Source: Alphaproteobacteria bacterium (GTDB taxonomy: Bacteria; Pseudomonadota; Alphaproteobacteria; UBA828). From it: a stretch of 64,000 bases of DNA. Of this stretch, positions 54,525 through 62,866 are shown one piece after another. Position numbers and translations under genes: made by a program. Below the pieces are notes generated by a model. It saw only the letters and a program-made list of their open reading frames with translations, ran no database searches and was not told where the DNA came from. Numbering within the stretch: the first letter of the stretch is position 1; each line of letters opens with the position of its first letter. The stretch is from the NCBI GenBank assembly GCA_963667785.2, contig CAXXMU010000001.1, forward strand, positions 128,001 through 192,000, given 5' to 3'.

Positions 54525-56789
54525 TCAGCTCCCCGCCATCGAGTAGCCAGCCGTCACGTCGATATCGATGTCGGGGTTGGGGGTCCCACGGGTCCTCACC
54601 CGCGTGCCCTTGGGCAGGTTGCCGAGATCCAGCTCGATGACGACCTTGTCCTCTCGGCGCCCGAGAACGTCCCGCGCGCTGGCCGTGCCCTCGCTGCGTC
54701 CCTCGCCGAAGATGGTCGGCGCCGGCGGTGCCATCTGCAGCTCCTGAAACAGCGTGCGGCCCAGCGTATTGTCGTTGCTGGCGAGGGGTGCCGGCATGGC
54801 GAGGCCGAACTCGTCGCCGAAGATGAAGTCCGTCGCGGTATCGCCGAGGATGTCGCGGACCTGAATCGCGAGGCTGCGCCACAACCGTGACCATTGCTCC
54901 TCGATCCAGCCGAAGAGGTCGATCTCCGGGACCTCGATCTTGAGCTCGCCCACCGAGAGCGCGTCCCATTGCCGCTGCAGCCAGCCCCAGGCGTCCGCCA
55001 CGGGGGCCGGGAGGCTGAAGGAGAGGTTGCCGAACGAGAGCTCGTCCCACTGCCGCTGCAGCCAGCCCCAGGCGTCCGCCACGGGGGCCGGGAGGCTGAA
55101 GGAGAGGTTGCCGAACGAGAGCTCGTCCCACTGCCGCTGCAGCCAGCTCCAGGCGTCCGCCACGGGGGCCGGGAGGCTGAAGGAGAGGTTGCCGAACGAG
55201 AGCTCGTCCCACTGCCGCTGCAGCCAGCTCCAGGCGTCCGCCACGGGGGCCGGGAGGCTGAAGGAGAGGTTGCCGAACGAGAGCTCGTCCCACTGCCGCT
55301 GCAACCAGCCCCAGGCGTCCGCCACGGGGGCCGGGAGGCTGAAGGAGAGGTTGCCGAACGAGAGCTCGTCCCACTGCCGCTGCAACCAGCCCCAGGCGTC
55401 AATGCCCTCGAACGAAATCGGCCTGTTGAGGAACTGCAGCTTGGCGGGGGTGTTTCTCTCGATCCAGGCGAACGTGTAGTTCCAGGCGTCGATGAGGCCA
55501 CCGAAGGTCTGATGCGTGACCTCGCCGGCCGACGGGTCCGGCGTGCCGTGGACCTCCTCGAACGCCTCCACGGCGTTCGGGTGCGGCTCCCCGCTCATGA
55601 TGGCGCCCAGGGTCTTGTCGCTCTCGCCCCGGACGTAGGCCATGAACTCGTCCCACTTCGACTTCATGTTGGCGACGCCGCGGTCCCAGGCGGGGCCGAT
55701 ATCGTCCCAGTAATACCAGAGCAGGCCGCCGGCCACGGCGATGCCGGCGATCGCGAGGCCGAGCGGGTTCATCACCAGCGCGAGGCCGGAGAGGCCGAGC
55801 GAGAGCCCCTTGAACGCGATCCCCAGCCCGATCAGCCCCGGCCCCAGCAACGCCGCGCCGCCGGCGATCTTGACGAGGAGGTCGGCCGTCTCGGGGTTTT
55901 CGTCGCGGAACGTGCGGAAGTCCTCCGTCAGCCCCCCTATCCAGTCCGTGAGGCCCATCATGTTGCCCTTGACGGAGAACGTGCTCTCGAGCTGCTGGCC
56001 GATCTCGGCGGTGAGCAGGAAGATGTTGTCCTTGAGCGTCGAGAACCGGCCGAAGATGGTCTTCGACTGCTTCTCCATCTGGTTTTCGTAGACGCCGCCC
56101 GCGCCGGTCATGACGCGCAGCGCCTCGGTCAGCATCTCGGGCTCGACCCAGCCCATTTCGACGCCCTTCCGAAAATCGTCCTTGCTGATGTCCTGCCCGA
56201 TCCGCTTCGACACGAGGCCCATCAGCGTCTGGTAGATCGGGATGCCTCGCTCGGCCATCTGGTTGAGGGTTTCAGTGTCGACGCGGCCTATGTTCATGGC
56301 CTTCGAGTAGATCTGGGCCAGCTCGTTGATCGGCTTCCCGGCGCCGGCCGCGGTGTCGCCGAGGAGCGTCAGACGATCGATGACCTCATCTGCACCCACT
56401 TGGGCGGCGAGCAGCTGGCGGGCGGCATCGCCCACCTCGGTGAGCTGGAACGGCGTGCGCGCCGTGAACTCTGCGAGGTCCGACACCATGCGCTTGGCCT
56501 CGGCGGTGCCGCCGAGGAGCGACTCCATTTGGACTTCCAGCTTCTCGAGCTCGCCGGCCGCGTAGAGCGCCAGGCCGCCGCCGGCGACGAGCGGCGCGGT
56601 GATCCTCGTCAGCGCAGTCGTGCCGAGCGTATTGGCCGCCCCGCTGACGCGGTCCATAGACGCCCCGAGGCGCTGCAGCCCGCGATGCGGCCGCGACAGG
56701 CGCCCGAGCGCCCGGTTGATCCGCCCCAGCGGCCGGGTGGCGTTGTCCAGGGCCGTGATCTTGAAGGAGAGGGCGAATTCCTGCGCCAT
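54525..56789 (-). CDS. Tail tape measure protein
   Basis: Position after the tail chaperones; FTARTPFQL, LNQMAERGIP, GRFSTLKDN; Trp-rich repeats. Confidence 0.92.
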   Translation of the reverse strand: MAQEFALSFKITALDNATRPLGRINRALGRLSRPHRGLQRLGASMDRVSGAANTLGTTALTRITAPLVAGGGLALYAAGELEKLEVQMESLLGGTAEAKRMVSDLAEFTARTPFQLTEVGDAARQLLAAQVGADEVIDRLTLLGDTAAGAGKPINELAQIYSKAMNIGRVDTETLNQMAERGIPIYQTLMGLVSKRIGQDISKDDFRKGVEMGWVEPEMLTEALRVMTGAGGVYENQMEKQSKTIFGRFSTLKDNIFLLTAEIGQQLESTFSVKGNMMGLTDWIGGLTEDFRTFRDENPETADLLVKIAGGAALLGPGLIGLGIAFKGLSLGLSGLALVMNPLGLAIAGIAVAGGLLWYYWDDIGPAWDRGVANMKSKWDEFMAYVRGESDKTLGAIMSGEPHPNAVEAFEEVHGTPDPSAGEVTHQTFGGLIDAWNYTFAWIERNTPAKLQFLNRPISFEGIDAWGWLQRQWDELSFGNLSFSLPAPVADAWGWLQRQWDELSFGNLSFSLPAPVADAWSWLQRQWDELSFGNLSFSLPAPVADAWSWLQRQWDELSFGNLSFSLPAPVADAWGWLQRQWDELSFGNLSFSLPAPVADAWGWLQRQWDALSVGELKIEVPEIDLFGWIEEQWSRLWRSLAIQVRDILGDTATDFIFGDEFGLAMPAPLASNDNTLGRTLFQELQMAPPAPTIFGEGRSEGTASARDVLGRREDKVVIELDLGNLPKGTRVRTRGTPNPDIDIDVTAGYSMAGS
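54963..55400 (-). repeat. 81-bp tandem repeat, about 5.4 copies, inside the tape measure gene
   Basis: Encodes DAW(G/S)WLQRQWDELSFGNLSFSLPAPVA; full units differ at only two nucleotide positions. Confidence 0.97.
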
Positions 56790-56792
56790 CGA

Positions 56793-56924
56793 TCACCACC
56801 CCCGGAAGCGCGCGGTTTCCTTGTAGAGGCGCACCGCCTCGCCGTGCCAGAAGAGCAGCCGCTTCAGGGTCATGCGCTCGAGTTCGCTCGGCTGAAAGCG
56901 AAAGCCCCAGGCGACGTCGGCCAT
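56793..56924 (-). CDS. P2 GpE'-like tail chaperone extension (not in ORF track)
   Basis: Hand translation MADVAWGFRFQPSELERMTLKRLLFWHGEAVRLYKETARFRGW; in the -1 frame relative to the upstream chaperone. Confidence 0.8.
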   Translation of the reverse strand: MADVAWGFRFQPSELERMTLKRLLFWHGEAVRLYKETARFRGW

Positions 56925-57235
56925 CAGGTGTCGCCAGTTTCCGGGGGCGCTCCGAGAAAAGACGCGAACGCCTCGTTGAGCGCCTTGAAGTCGGCCATTC
57001 GCACCGAGCGGGCGGACGAGGGCGGAATGTTGCCGAGCCGCGACACGGCGGCCACGAACTCCTTGAAGGTCTTGATCCCGGCAGCGCCGATCCCCAGGTC
57101 TCCCATGTCCCCCAGCGTCGGCGCCCTCAGCGTGATCTCGCTGACCGTCTGCCCGTGAGCCTCGATCGGCTTCGACAGGGGAACCGTGATGCTGTCCGGG
57201 ATGTCCATCACCCCCGTCTCCGTTCCGTCCGTCAT
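56924..57235 (-). CDS. Tail assembly chaperone (Mu gp41 / P2 gpE-like)
   Basis: TVPLSKPIEAHG..EITLRAPTLGD, DFKAL..FL. Confidence 0.85.
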   Translation of the reverse strand: MTDGTETGVMDIPDSITVPLSKPIEAHGQTVSEITLRAPTLGDMGDLGIGAAGIKTFKEFVAAVSRLGNIPPSSARSVRMADFKALNEAFASFLGAPPETGDT

Positions 57236-57594
57236 TGCAGCAGCTCCGCCGGCGGGCCTTCGGTCCGGAACTGGATGTTGCCCATTTCCGTGGTGACGTT
57301 CCCGTCGGCGACGTAGGTGGCGTCGCGCTGCACCACGGTCTTGCCGTTGGCGAGCTCGAGGGTCACCGTCGCGCCGGTGAGCTCCGTCAGCGTCTTGACG
57401 TCCGTGTCGCGCATGTCGGTGACCTCGCCCTCGATCACGCTGGCCTGCGCCTTCTCGGTGTAGCCGTGGTAGCCGTCCGGCCCGAGCTTCGATTCCCGCT
57501 TGGGCGACCCGAGGTTGTAGGTGAAGTTGCCGACGACGGCGTGCTGGGTGCCGTCGACGAAGAGGTAGGCGACGCCGCCTACGCGTTCAGCCAT
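57232..57594 (-). CDS. Tail tube protein (Mu gpM-like)
   Basis: GGVAYLFVDG, GYHGYTEK, TVTLELANGK; follows the sheath gene. Confidence 0.9.
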   Translation of the reverse strand: MAERVGGVAYLFVDGTQHAVVGNFTYNLGSPKRESKLGPDGYHGYTEKAQASVIEGEVTDMRDTDVKTLTELTGATVTLELANGKTVVQRDATYVADGNVTTEMGNIQFRTEGPPAELLQ

Positions 57595-57607
57595 GGTGCG
57601 GCCCTCC

Positions 57608-59080
57608 TCAGGTCAGGAAGTTGATGCGCGCCCCGCCGATGCGGAACTGGTTCACCAGGTCGGGCGAGAGCAGCCAGTCGAGGCGGTCGCGGTTGTCGGG
57701 GTTGCGCTGGCAGACGAGGTCGGCCTCGAACTGGTCGAAGTTCTCGACCAGCACCCGGTCCTCCATGTCGCGGAACCAGGCGATCGCCTCGGCCCGGCCG
57801 ATGGAGGGCGTGATCACGGCCTGCCCCGGCCGGAGCCGCGCCCCGTCGTCCGCCAGCTTGTGGCGGCCGTACTTCGTCAGGATGCGGTTGCGGAAGCTCG
57901 CCCGCAGGTAGGAGAGCGTGAGCGGCGTGTTGAGCTGCAGGTAGGCGGTGTCCGGCACGTTGGCCGCGGTCTTCTGGTAGGTGGTGATCAGGCGCTGGAT
58001 CCGCACGCGGCCGCCGGCGTCGACCATGTAGGTCGCGATGCCCTTGTGGAGCAGCGTGTTCTGCTCGACGAAGCTGCGGCGGTCGTTCACCGGCTCCGCG
58101 ACGATGTCGTAGAGCGGCAGGGACTGGAACGGCAGCGCGGGGTCGACGGCGGCGCTGAGGCTCGCCTGGCCGCCGACGGCGGCGGCCCACTCCCACGTGG
58201 GCGACGGTCCCTTGCCGGCGTCCATGACGGAGACGTGGGGGCTGTTCCGCGCCGCGCCGTAGGTCTGCGCCTCGGAGACCGAGCCGTTGGGGCCGCGGTA
58301 GGCGGCGATGCCCACGCCGTCGTTCTGGTAGGTCGGCCCCCAGCGGGTGGCGAGCTCCACCTCCAGGTGCCCGATGTTCGTCGCGTCCGTGTAAGGCGTG
58401 ACGATCAGGTTGAACTGCTCGTCGCTGAGCGCATCCAGGGCGTCCGCCACGCTGGGGTCCGTGGCGCCGGCGGTGCCGGCGGCGATGGCGAGCCCCACGC
58501 CCGGCGGCAGGGCCTCGCCCGCATGGAGGTTGGTCCGGACGTCGACGCCGCTGCCGAGCGTGCCGCCGTTCTGCGCCGTCAGCGTGACGACCGCGGCGGC
58601 GGCGGCGGCGCTCACCGGCAGATCGGACTGCCCGAGGACGGCGTTGGAGATCGCGGACGCGATGTCGTTGACCGCCTTGGCACCGTCGATCGCCACGGGG
58701 ATGCGCCGCCCGGCGACGTAGAGCGCGATGGTGCCCGAGCCCGTCGCGGCCGAGTTCACGGTGATCGTGTGCGTCGCCTCGGTCGCGCCGGCGGCGTCGT
58801 CGAGCGCGACGCACCAGAGCTCGCCCGAGGGGTTCTGGCGCAGGAACCGAGCGGCCATGATCGCGAGGATCGAGCCCCGGCCGAACGCGGCCTCGGCGTC
58901 GGCGGCCGTGGCGATCGGCGTCGGCACCTTCTGGGCGACGCTGCCGGCCGCGATCTTCTGGCCGATGATCAGGGACCGCCAGGCGGGATCCGCCGCCGCC
59001 ACCGCGCCCGACGGGTCGAACTCGACGTAGAAGAACGGCACCCGCAGGTTCGCGGGGATGCTCTTGAAGCCGATCGTCAT
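57608..59080 (-). CDS. Contractile tail sheath protein (Mu gpL-like)
   Basis: IPANLRVPFFYVEFD, FGRGSIL, RLITTYQK, RHKLADDG, PDLVNQFR. Confidence 0.95.
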   Translation of the reverse strand: MTIGFKSIPANLRVPFFYVEFDPSGAVAAADPAWRSLIIGQKIAAGSVAQKVPTPIATAADAEAAFGRGSILAIMAARFLRQNPSGELWCVALDDAAGATEATHTITVNSAATGSGTIALYVAGRRIPVAIDGAKAVNDIASAISNAVLGQSDLPVSAAAAAAVVTLTAQNGGTLGSGVDVRTNLHAGEALPPGVGLAIAAGTAGATDPSVADALDALSDEQFNLIVTPYTDATNIGHLEVELATRWGPTYQNDGVGIAAYRGPNGSVSEAQTYGAARNSPHVSVMDAGKGPSPTWEWAAAVGGQASLSAAVDPALPFQSLPLYDIVAEPVNDRRSFVEQNTLLHKGIATYMVDAGGRVRIQRLITTYQKTAANVPDTAYLQLNTPLTLSYLRASFRNRILTKYGRHKLADDGARLRPGQAVITPSIGRAEAIAWFRDMEDRVLVENFDQFEADLVCQRNPDNRDRLDWLLSPDLVNQFRIGGARINFLT

Positions 59081-59286
59081 TTGTCAGCTCCCTTCTCTCC
59101 GGCGGGGTCCTTGGGAGCGGTCTCCCGCGGCTTCTTCGCCCTCACCAGGTCGCCGTCCGCCAGGCGGCGGCGGTAGTAGGAGGTGAGCGCCACCTCCGCC
59201 CCCTCGGCCGGGATGTCGCCCTCGGCCGGGTTCTCGCGGGAGACGATCAGCCCGTCCGCCGGTTTCACGAACGCGGTGTCGGTCAT
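59077..59286 (-). CDS. Mu gp38 / DUF2635-like protein
   Basis: FVKPADG..IPAEGAEV..SYYRRRLADGDLV. Confidence 0.85.
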   Translation of the reverse strand: MTDTAFVKPADGLIVSRENPAEGDIPAEGAEVALTSYYRRRLADGDLVRAKKPRETAPKDPAGEKGADK

Positions 59287-59288
59287 GG

Positions 59289-59855
59289 TCAGGCTCCAGG
59301 CAGTGTCACGGTGTCGGTGGTGTCGACGTTCTCGCCGACGCCGGGCAGGTTCCAGTCGATGCCGGCGGTGAGGAAGTCGTGGAAGTTGCCGGCCAACGCG
59401 GGTTCGTCGGGATCGAGCGGAATCGGGATCCCGAGGCCGATGCCGTAGGCCGCCACGCCGCCCCGGTCGATGCGCTCGCCCCAGAGGTTGGCGATGCCGG
59501 TCACGCGGATCAGGCCGATATCGGGGATCTTCGAGTTGTGCAGGATCGGCGCGAGCAGCTCGCAGGCGCGGTAGGCGCCGCGCGCCGGGTCGAGGCGGGC
59601 GTTGCGCCGGCTGCCGTCCCAGCGGGTGACGACGTAGACCGTCCACCGGCTCAGCACCGTCAGCTCGTTCGCCGGCTCCTGGGCTTCGCCGCCCTCCCAG
59701 ACCACGCGGATGGCGGGCGCGGACTTGATCACGCGCTCCAGGTACGCCTGCGACCACTCGCCCGGTCCGCTCTCGATCGAGCGGAACACGCTGCCGGCGA
59801 GGCGCTCGCACTCGTCCACGAGCCAGGTCTCGACCGTCTCGAGCGCGCCGGTCAT
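59289..59855 (-). CDS. Mu gp37 / DUF1834-like tail terminator
   Basis: Position; ESGPGEW, APAIRVVWEG, NLWG..GVAAYGI. Confidence 0.75.
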   Translation of the reverse strand: MTGALETVETWLVDECERLAGSVFRSIESGPGEWSQAYLERVIKSAPAIRVVWEGGEAQEPANELTVLSRWTVYVVTRWDGSRRNARLDPARGAYRACELLAPILHNSKIPDIGLIRVTGIANLWGERIDRGGVAAYGIGLGIPIPLDPDEPALAGNFHDFLTAGIDWNLPGVGENVDTTDTVTLPGA

Positions 59856-60406
59856 TTCCAGGCCTTCTTCAGCTCGCGTTCGACGATCCGGAAGATCGCG
59901 TCCTCGTCGCCGCGGCTGACGCCGAGGAAGGCGCGCTTCGGCACCTTCGAGCCTGGGTGCATGACGCTCCGCACCGGGTGGCGCGCGCCGGGCCAATGCA
60001 GCGCCTTCTTGCGGCGCGCCACGATCCTGCGCGGCGGTGTCTTCCCGCCGAACTGGTGGATGGCGGCGTAGGCGACGTTGGTCCCGACGACGACCTCGTC
60101 CTCGGACGCGCGCCGCGTGATCGACTGCCGCAGGCGGCCGGTATCGACCAGGGTAAGGCCGCGCCGGCTGACGCTGCCCTCCAGGCCGCGATCCCGCGCC
60201 GCCCGGCTCTTCGGCCAGGGCTCGCCGTCCGGATCGACGCCCGTCTTGAAGCGCATGTCGGTCGACGTCATCAGGCGCCGGCCGATGCTGTCCATCACCG
60301 GCGTCAGGTCCTTCATCCGCCGGCGCAGGCGGCGAAGCGCGCGGCCGATCTCGCGATCGCCCTCGACCTCGATGCGGAGTGCGGCGCCTGCGCTCCAGTC
60401 CGTCAT
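59852..60406 (-). CDS. Virion morphogenesis / tail completion protein (Mu gpG, P2 gpS-like)
   Basis: RFKTGVDPDGEPW, LVDTGRLRQSI, VGTNVAYAAIHQFGG, PKRAFLG. Confidence 0.92.
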   Translation of the reverse strand: MTDWSAGAALRIEVEGDREIGRALRRLRRRMKDLTPVMDSIGRRLMTSTDMRFKTGVDPDGEPWPKSRAARDRGLEGSVSRRGLTLVDTGRLRQSITRRASEDEVVVGTNVAYAAIHQFGGKTPPRRIVARRKKALHWPGARHPVRSVMHPGSKVPKRAFLGVSRGDEDAIFRIVERELKKAWK

Positions 60407-60813
60407 CGGAAGCCCGCGAGGCTGTCGGCAGTCATGACCGCGTCGGAACCCTCGGCCGACGCCCGGTTGCGCCGCTCGACGACGTCGCCGGCGGCGCTGA
60501 CGAGCTGCAGCTCCCCCGCCGCGAGCCGCTTGAGCTTCGCCCGCGCGCTGTCGCGGCGCTTCTTGGGTTCCAGCAGCTCCGAGGTCGTGTAGAGGCGCGC
60601 CCGCGCCAGGTCGCACGCGATCGCGGTGAGGAGCGGGTAGGTGCCGGCGGGAAGCGGCAGCGCGTAGGCCACGGCCAGGTGGCCGTCGATCTCGGCCGAG
60701 ATATCGGCCAGCACCGGCGCGACCCGGTCCGGGTCGCTGCCGTCCCCGTCGAGGTTCTCGATCTCGACCGGCCCGAAGCGGGCCTCCAGGTCCTGGCGGG
60801 TGGCGTAGGCCAC
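60403..60813 (-). CDS. Head-tail adaptor, Mu gp36 / DUF1320
   Basis: MAYATRQDLEARFG, EIDGHL..YALPL, ACDLARARL. Confidence 0.92.
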   Translation of the reverse strand: MAYATRQDLEARFGPVEIENLDGDGSDPDRVAPVLADISAEIDGHLAVAYALPLPAGTYPLLTAIACDLARARLYTTSELLEPKKRRDSARAKLKRLAAGELQLVSAAGDVVERRNRASAEGSDAVMTADSLAGFR

Positions 60814-60817
60814 GGGC

Positions 60818-61045
60818 TCAGCCGGGCCGCTTGGTGGCCGCCTTGACGGCCCACATGGCGGCGTCCTCCACTTCGGTCTGGGCCTTGGCCTTGCACCGTG
60901 CGACCTCGCCGGCGATCTCGGCCGACGCGGGCTCGATCGCCTCGATCTCGTCGATCAGGTCCGCCGCCATGCGCTTGATCCGTCCGACGCGGTCGTCGCC
61001 GGACGGGTTGAAGCCGATACCGACGCGGCTCTCACCCCTCGTCAT
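60818..61045 (-). CDS. Acb2/Tad1-like helical hairpin protein, candidate anti-defence nucleotide sponge
   Basis: C-terminal helix RCKAKAQTEVEDAAMWAVKA matches the Tad1-type R..A.A.T.VE.A.MW pattern; strong SD (GGAGG). Confidence 0.7.
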   Translation of the reverse strand: MTRGESRVGIGFNPSGDDRVGRIKRMAADLIDEIEAIEPASAEIAGEVARCKAKAQTEVEDAAMWAVKAATKRPG

Positions 61046-61514
61046 CGCCTCCGCCCTCCCGCGCCTGGTGCGCCGCCCAGGCCGCGTCGCGCTCGGCCGC
61101 GGTCACGTGCTGGAGTCCGGACTCCTTTGCCAGCGCCCGGACCTCGGGCTTGCCCTCGCCGGTCCAGTGCTCCTCCTTGCCGGGCTCCAGATCGTCGATC
61201 GCGTCGACCAGGAGCTGGTGCCGGTCGACCGCCGATTCGACCTTGGCGCGGATCTCGTCGTCGTCGGCGCAGCGCTCCAGGAAGGCCCGGACCTCGTCGG
61301 CCGGGGCCTGCCGCAATGCCTCGACCGCGCGGTCGAGGATGGCGGCGAAGTCCCCGGCAGGCGCCTCCCTGCGCGGCGCGTCGGGATCGGCGAGGACGCC
61401 GTCCTCGATCAGCGGCGCCGCGACGTCGGCCGGGAGGGAGATCGACGAGCCCGGCTCGTAGCCGGCCTCGTCGTACGTGAGGTGGCTGAGCACCTCGAAG
61501 TCACGCGTGCTCAT
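61032..61514 (-). CDS. Mu gp35-like head-associated protein
   Basis: Follows the capsid gene; N-terminal YEPGSSISL..APLIEDGVL, C-terminal WTGEGKPEVRAL..VTAAERDAAW. Confidence 0.6.
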   Translation of the reverse strand: MSTRDFEVLSHLTYDEAGYEPGSSISLPADVAAPLIEDGVLADPDAPRREAPAGDFAAILDRAVEALRQAPADEVRAFLERCADDDEIRAKVESAVDRHQLLVDAIDDLEPGKEEHWTGEGKPEVRALAKESGLQHVTAAERDAAWAAHQAREGGGDDEG

Positions 61515-61524
61515 CGACCCCTCC

Positions 61525-62499
61525 TCACGCCACCGCGTTGCGCCAGAGGTAGCCCGCGCTCTTGTAGGCGACGAGCTCCTTGACGCACTCGCTGACCTTG
61601 ACGACCGTGGAGCCCCGATTGACGCCGCGCTCCGGCGCCTCGTAGGTGCCCACCTGGAGCCCGCCCATGGCGTCGGCGGTCCAGCAGAACTTGGGCATCC
61701 GGTCGCGGGCCGTCATGCCGGGCTTCACGAAGATCGCACAGGCATGGTTGCCCCAGAGTCGGGCGAACGCGTTGGCCTGGCCGCGCTTGGCGCTCTGATA
61801 CCAGGCCATGCCGACCAGCACGCGGTCGACCTCGAAGAGCGCGGCGACCGCCTCCTTCATCACGATGCCGGAAGCCTGGTCGCCGGCGCCGGAGAGCTTG
61901 ATCGCCTCCACGATCTTCGGGTGCTGGCGGAGCGCGGTCCACACCTTCTGGCCGAACACCAGGATGTTGGGCCTCACCAGCGGCTTGTCGAGTGCCTCCA
62001 GGATCGCCTTGCGCGGGTTCGAGTTGGCTGCGTCGCTCCACTGCGCGTTGCCCGCGAGCGTGGTGGAGAGGCCGGTGCCGTAATTGGAGGCGGTCTGCAC
62101 CAGGTCGGCGACGCGCTTCTCCCGGCCGAGCCTGACGAGCTCGGCCGTGGCCTCGGACGCCAGCGCCAGCGGATCGTAAGGCACCTCCTGCACCCGCGCT
62201 TCCTCAATGTCCCGGTGCGGCACCGGGTCCTCCAGGCCGTAGTCGACGACGCTGTCGGTGGTGTCCGTCGCGCCGAACTCGACCTGGTTGAGAAGGCTCG
62301 CCCGCGACGCTTTCGTGTCCGGGATAGTGAGCAGGTCCTCCTCGCTGAGCGTGGTGTAGGTGAACTTGAAGCCGGTGCGGACGCGCGGGCAGACCTCGTC
62401 GGCGATCATGCCGGACGGCATTACCGCCTGCGCGATCTGGGTCAGCCGCGGCTGGGTGTCGAACGGCCCGCCCGCGAGGGCCTGGGTGTCAGGATCCAT
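61525..62499 (-). CDS. Major capsid protein (lambda gpE-like family rather than Mu gpT)
   Basis: 324 aa after scaffold and decoration genes; LTQIA..MIADEVCPRV, QWSD..SNP, RPNILVFG..WTALRQHP. Confidence 0.85.
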   Translation of the reverse strand: MDPDTQALAGGPFDTQPRLTQIAQAVMPSGMIADEVCPRVRTGFKFTYTTLSEEDLLTIPDTKASRASLLNQVEFGATDTTDSVVDYGLEDPVPHRDIEEARVQEVPYDPLALASEATAELVRLGREKRVADLVQTASNYGTGLSTTLAGNAQWSDAANSNPRKAILEALDKPLVRPNILVFGQKVWTALRQHPKIVEAIKLSGAGDQASGIVMKEAVAALFEVDRVLVGMAWYQSAKRGQANAFARLWGNHACAIFVKPGMTARDRMPKFCWTADAMGGLQVGTYEAPERGVNRGSTVVKVSECVKELVAYKSAGYLWRNAVA

Positions 62500-62509
62500 G
62501 AGCTGCCTC

Positions 62510-62866
62510 CTACTGCGTGCCGGGTGCGAGCAGCACCTGGCCGATGTCGCCGTCGGCGCCCGCGACCTCGGCGATGCCGATGACGCGGTTGCCGGCCGCC
62601 GCCGTCACCGCCTTGCCGTTGGCGTCGGCGGTGAGCTGGGCGCCGCGGGCGACGTTGCCGCCGTACTCGACGTCGCAGATGCCCTGGCGGGCGATCTCGA
62701 CGCGCTCGCCCGAGGCTGCGGCCGAGCGGCCGGAGACGCCCACGTGGGAGTCGGCGGCGGCGGCGGACTGCACCACGGTGCCGTCCGAGGCGCCGTACTT
62801 GACGATCCGGTGCGCGGCGATCGCGCCGCCGGCGTCCTTCGCCTGCCACATCAGGACATGGCTCAT
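62510..62866 (-). CDS. DUF2190-like capsid decoration/cement protein
   Basis: AGGAIAAHRIV, VEYGGNVARG..LTADANGKAV, IGIAEVAGADGD. Confidence 0.8.
   Translation of the reverse strand: MSHVLMWQAKDAGGAIAAHRIVKYGASDGTVVQSAAAADSHVGVSGRSAAASGERVEIARQGICDVEYGGNVARGAQLTADANGKAVTAAAGNRVIGIAEVAGADGDIGQVLLAPGTQ

Noticed and set aside
54963-55400. 81-bp repeats as a CRISPR array
   Set aside because: No unique spacers, in-frame within the tape measure gene, and no cas genes.
49774-59080. Sheath, tube, baseplate and PAAR genes as a T6SS, eCIS or tailocin
   Set aside because: Capsid, protease/scaffold and neck genes plus a Mu-type DNA end are contiguous, so this is a prophage.
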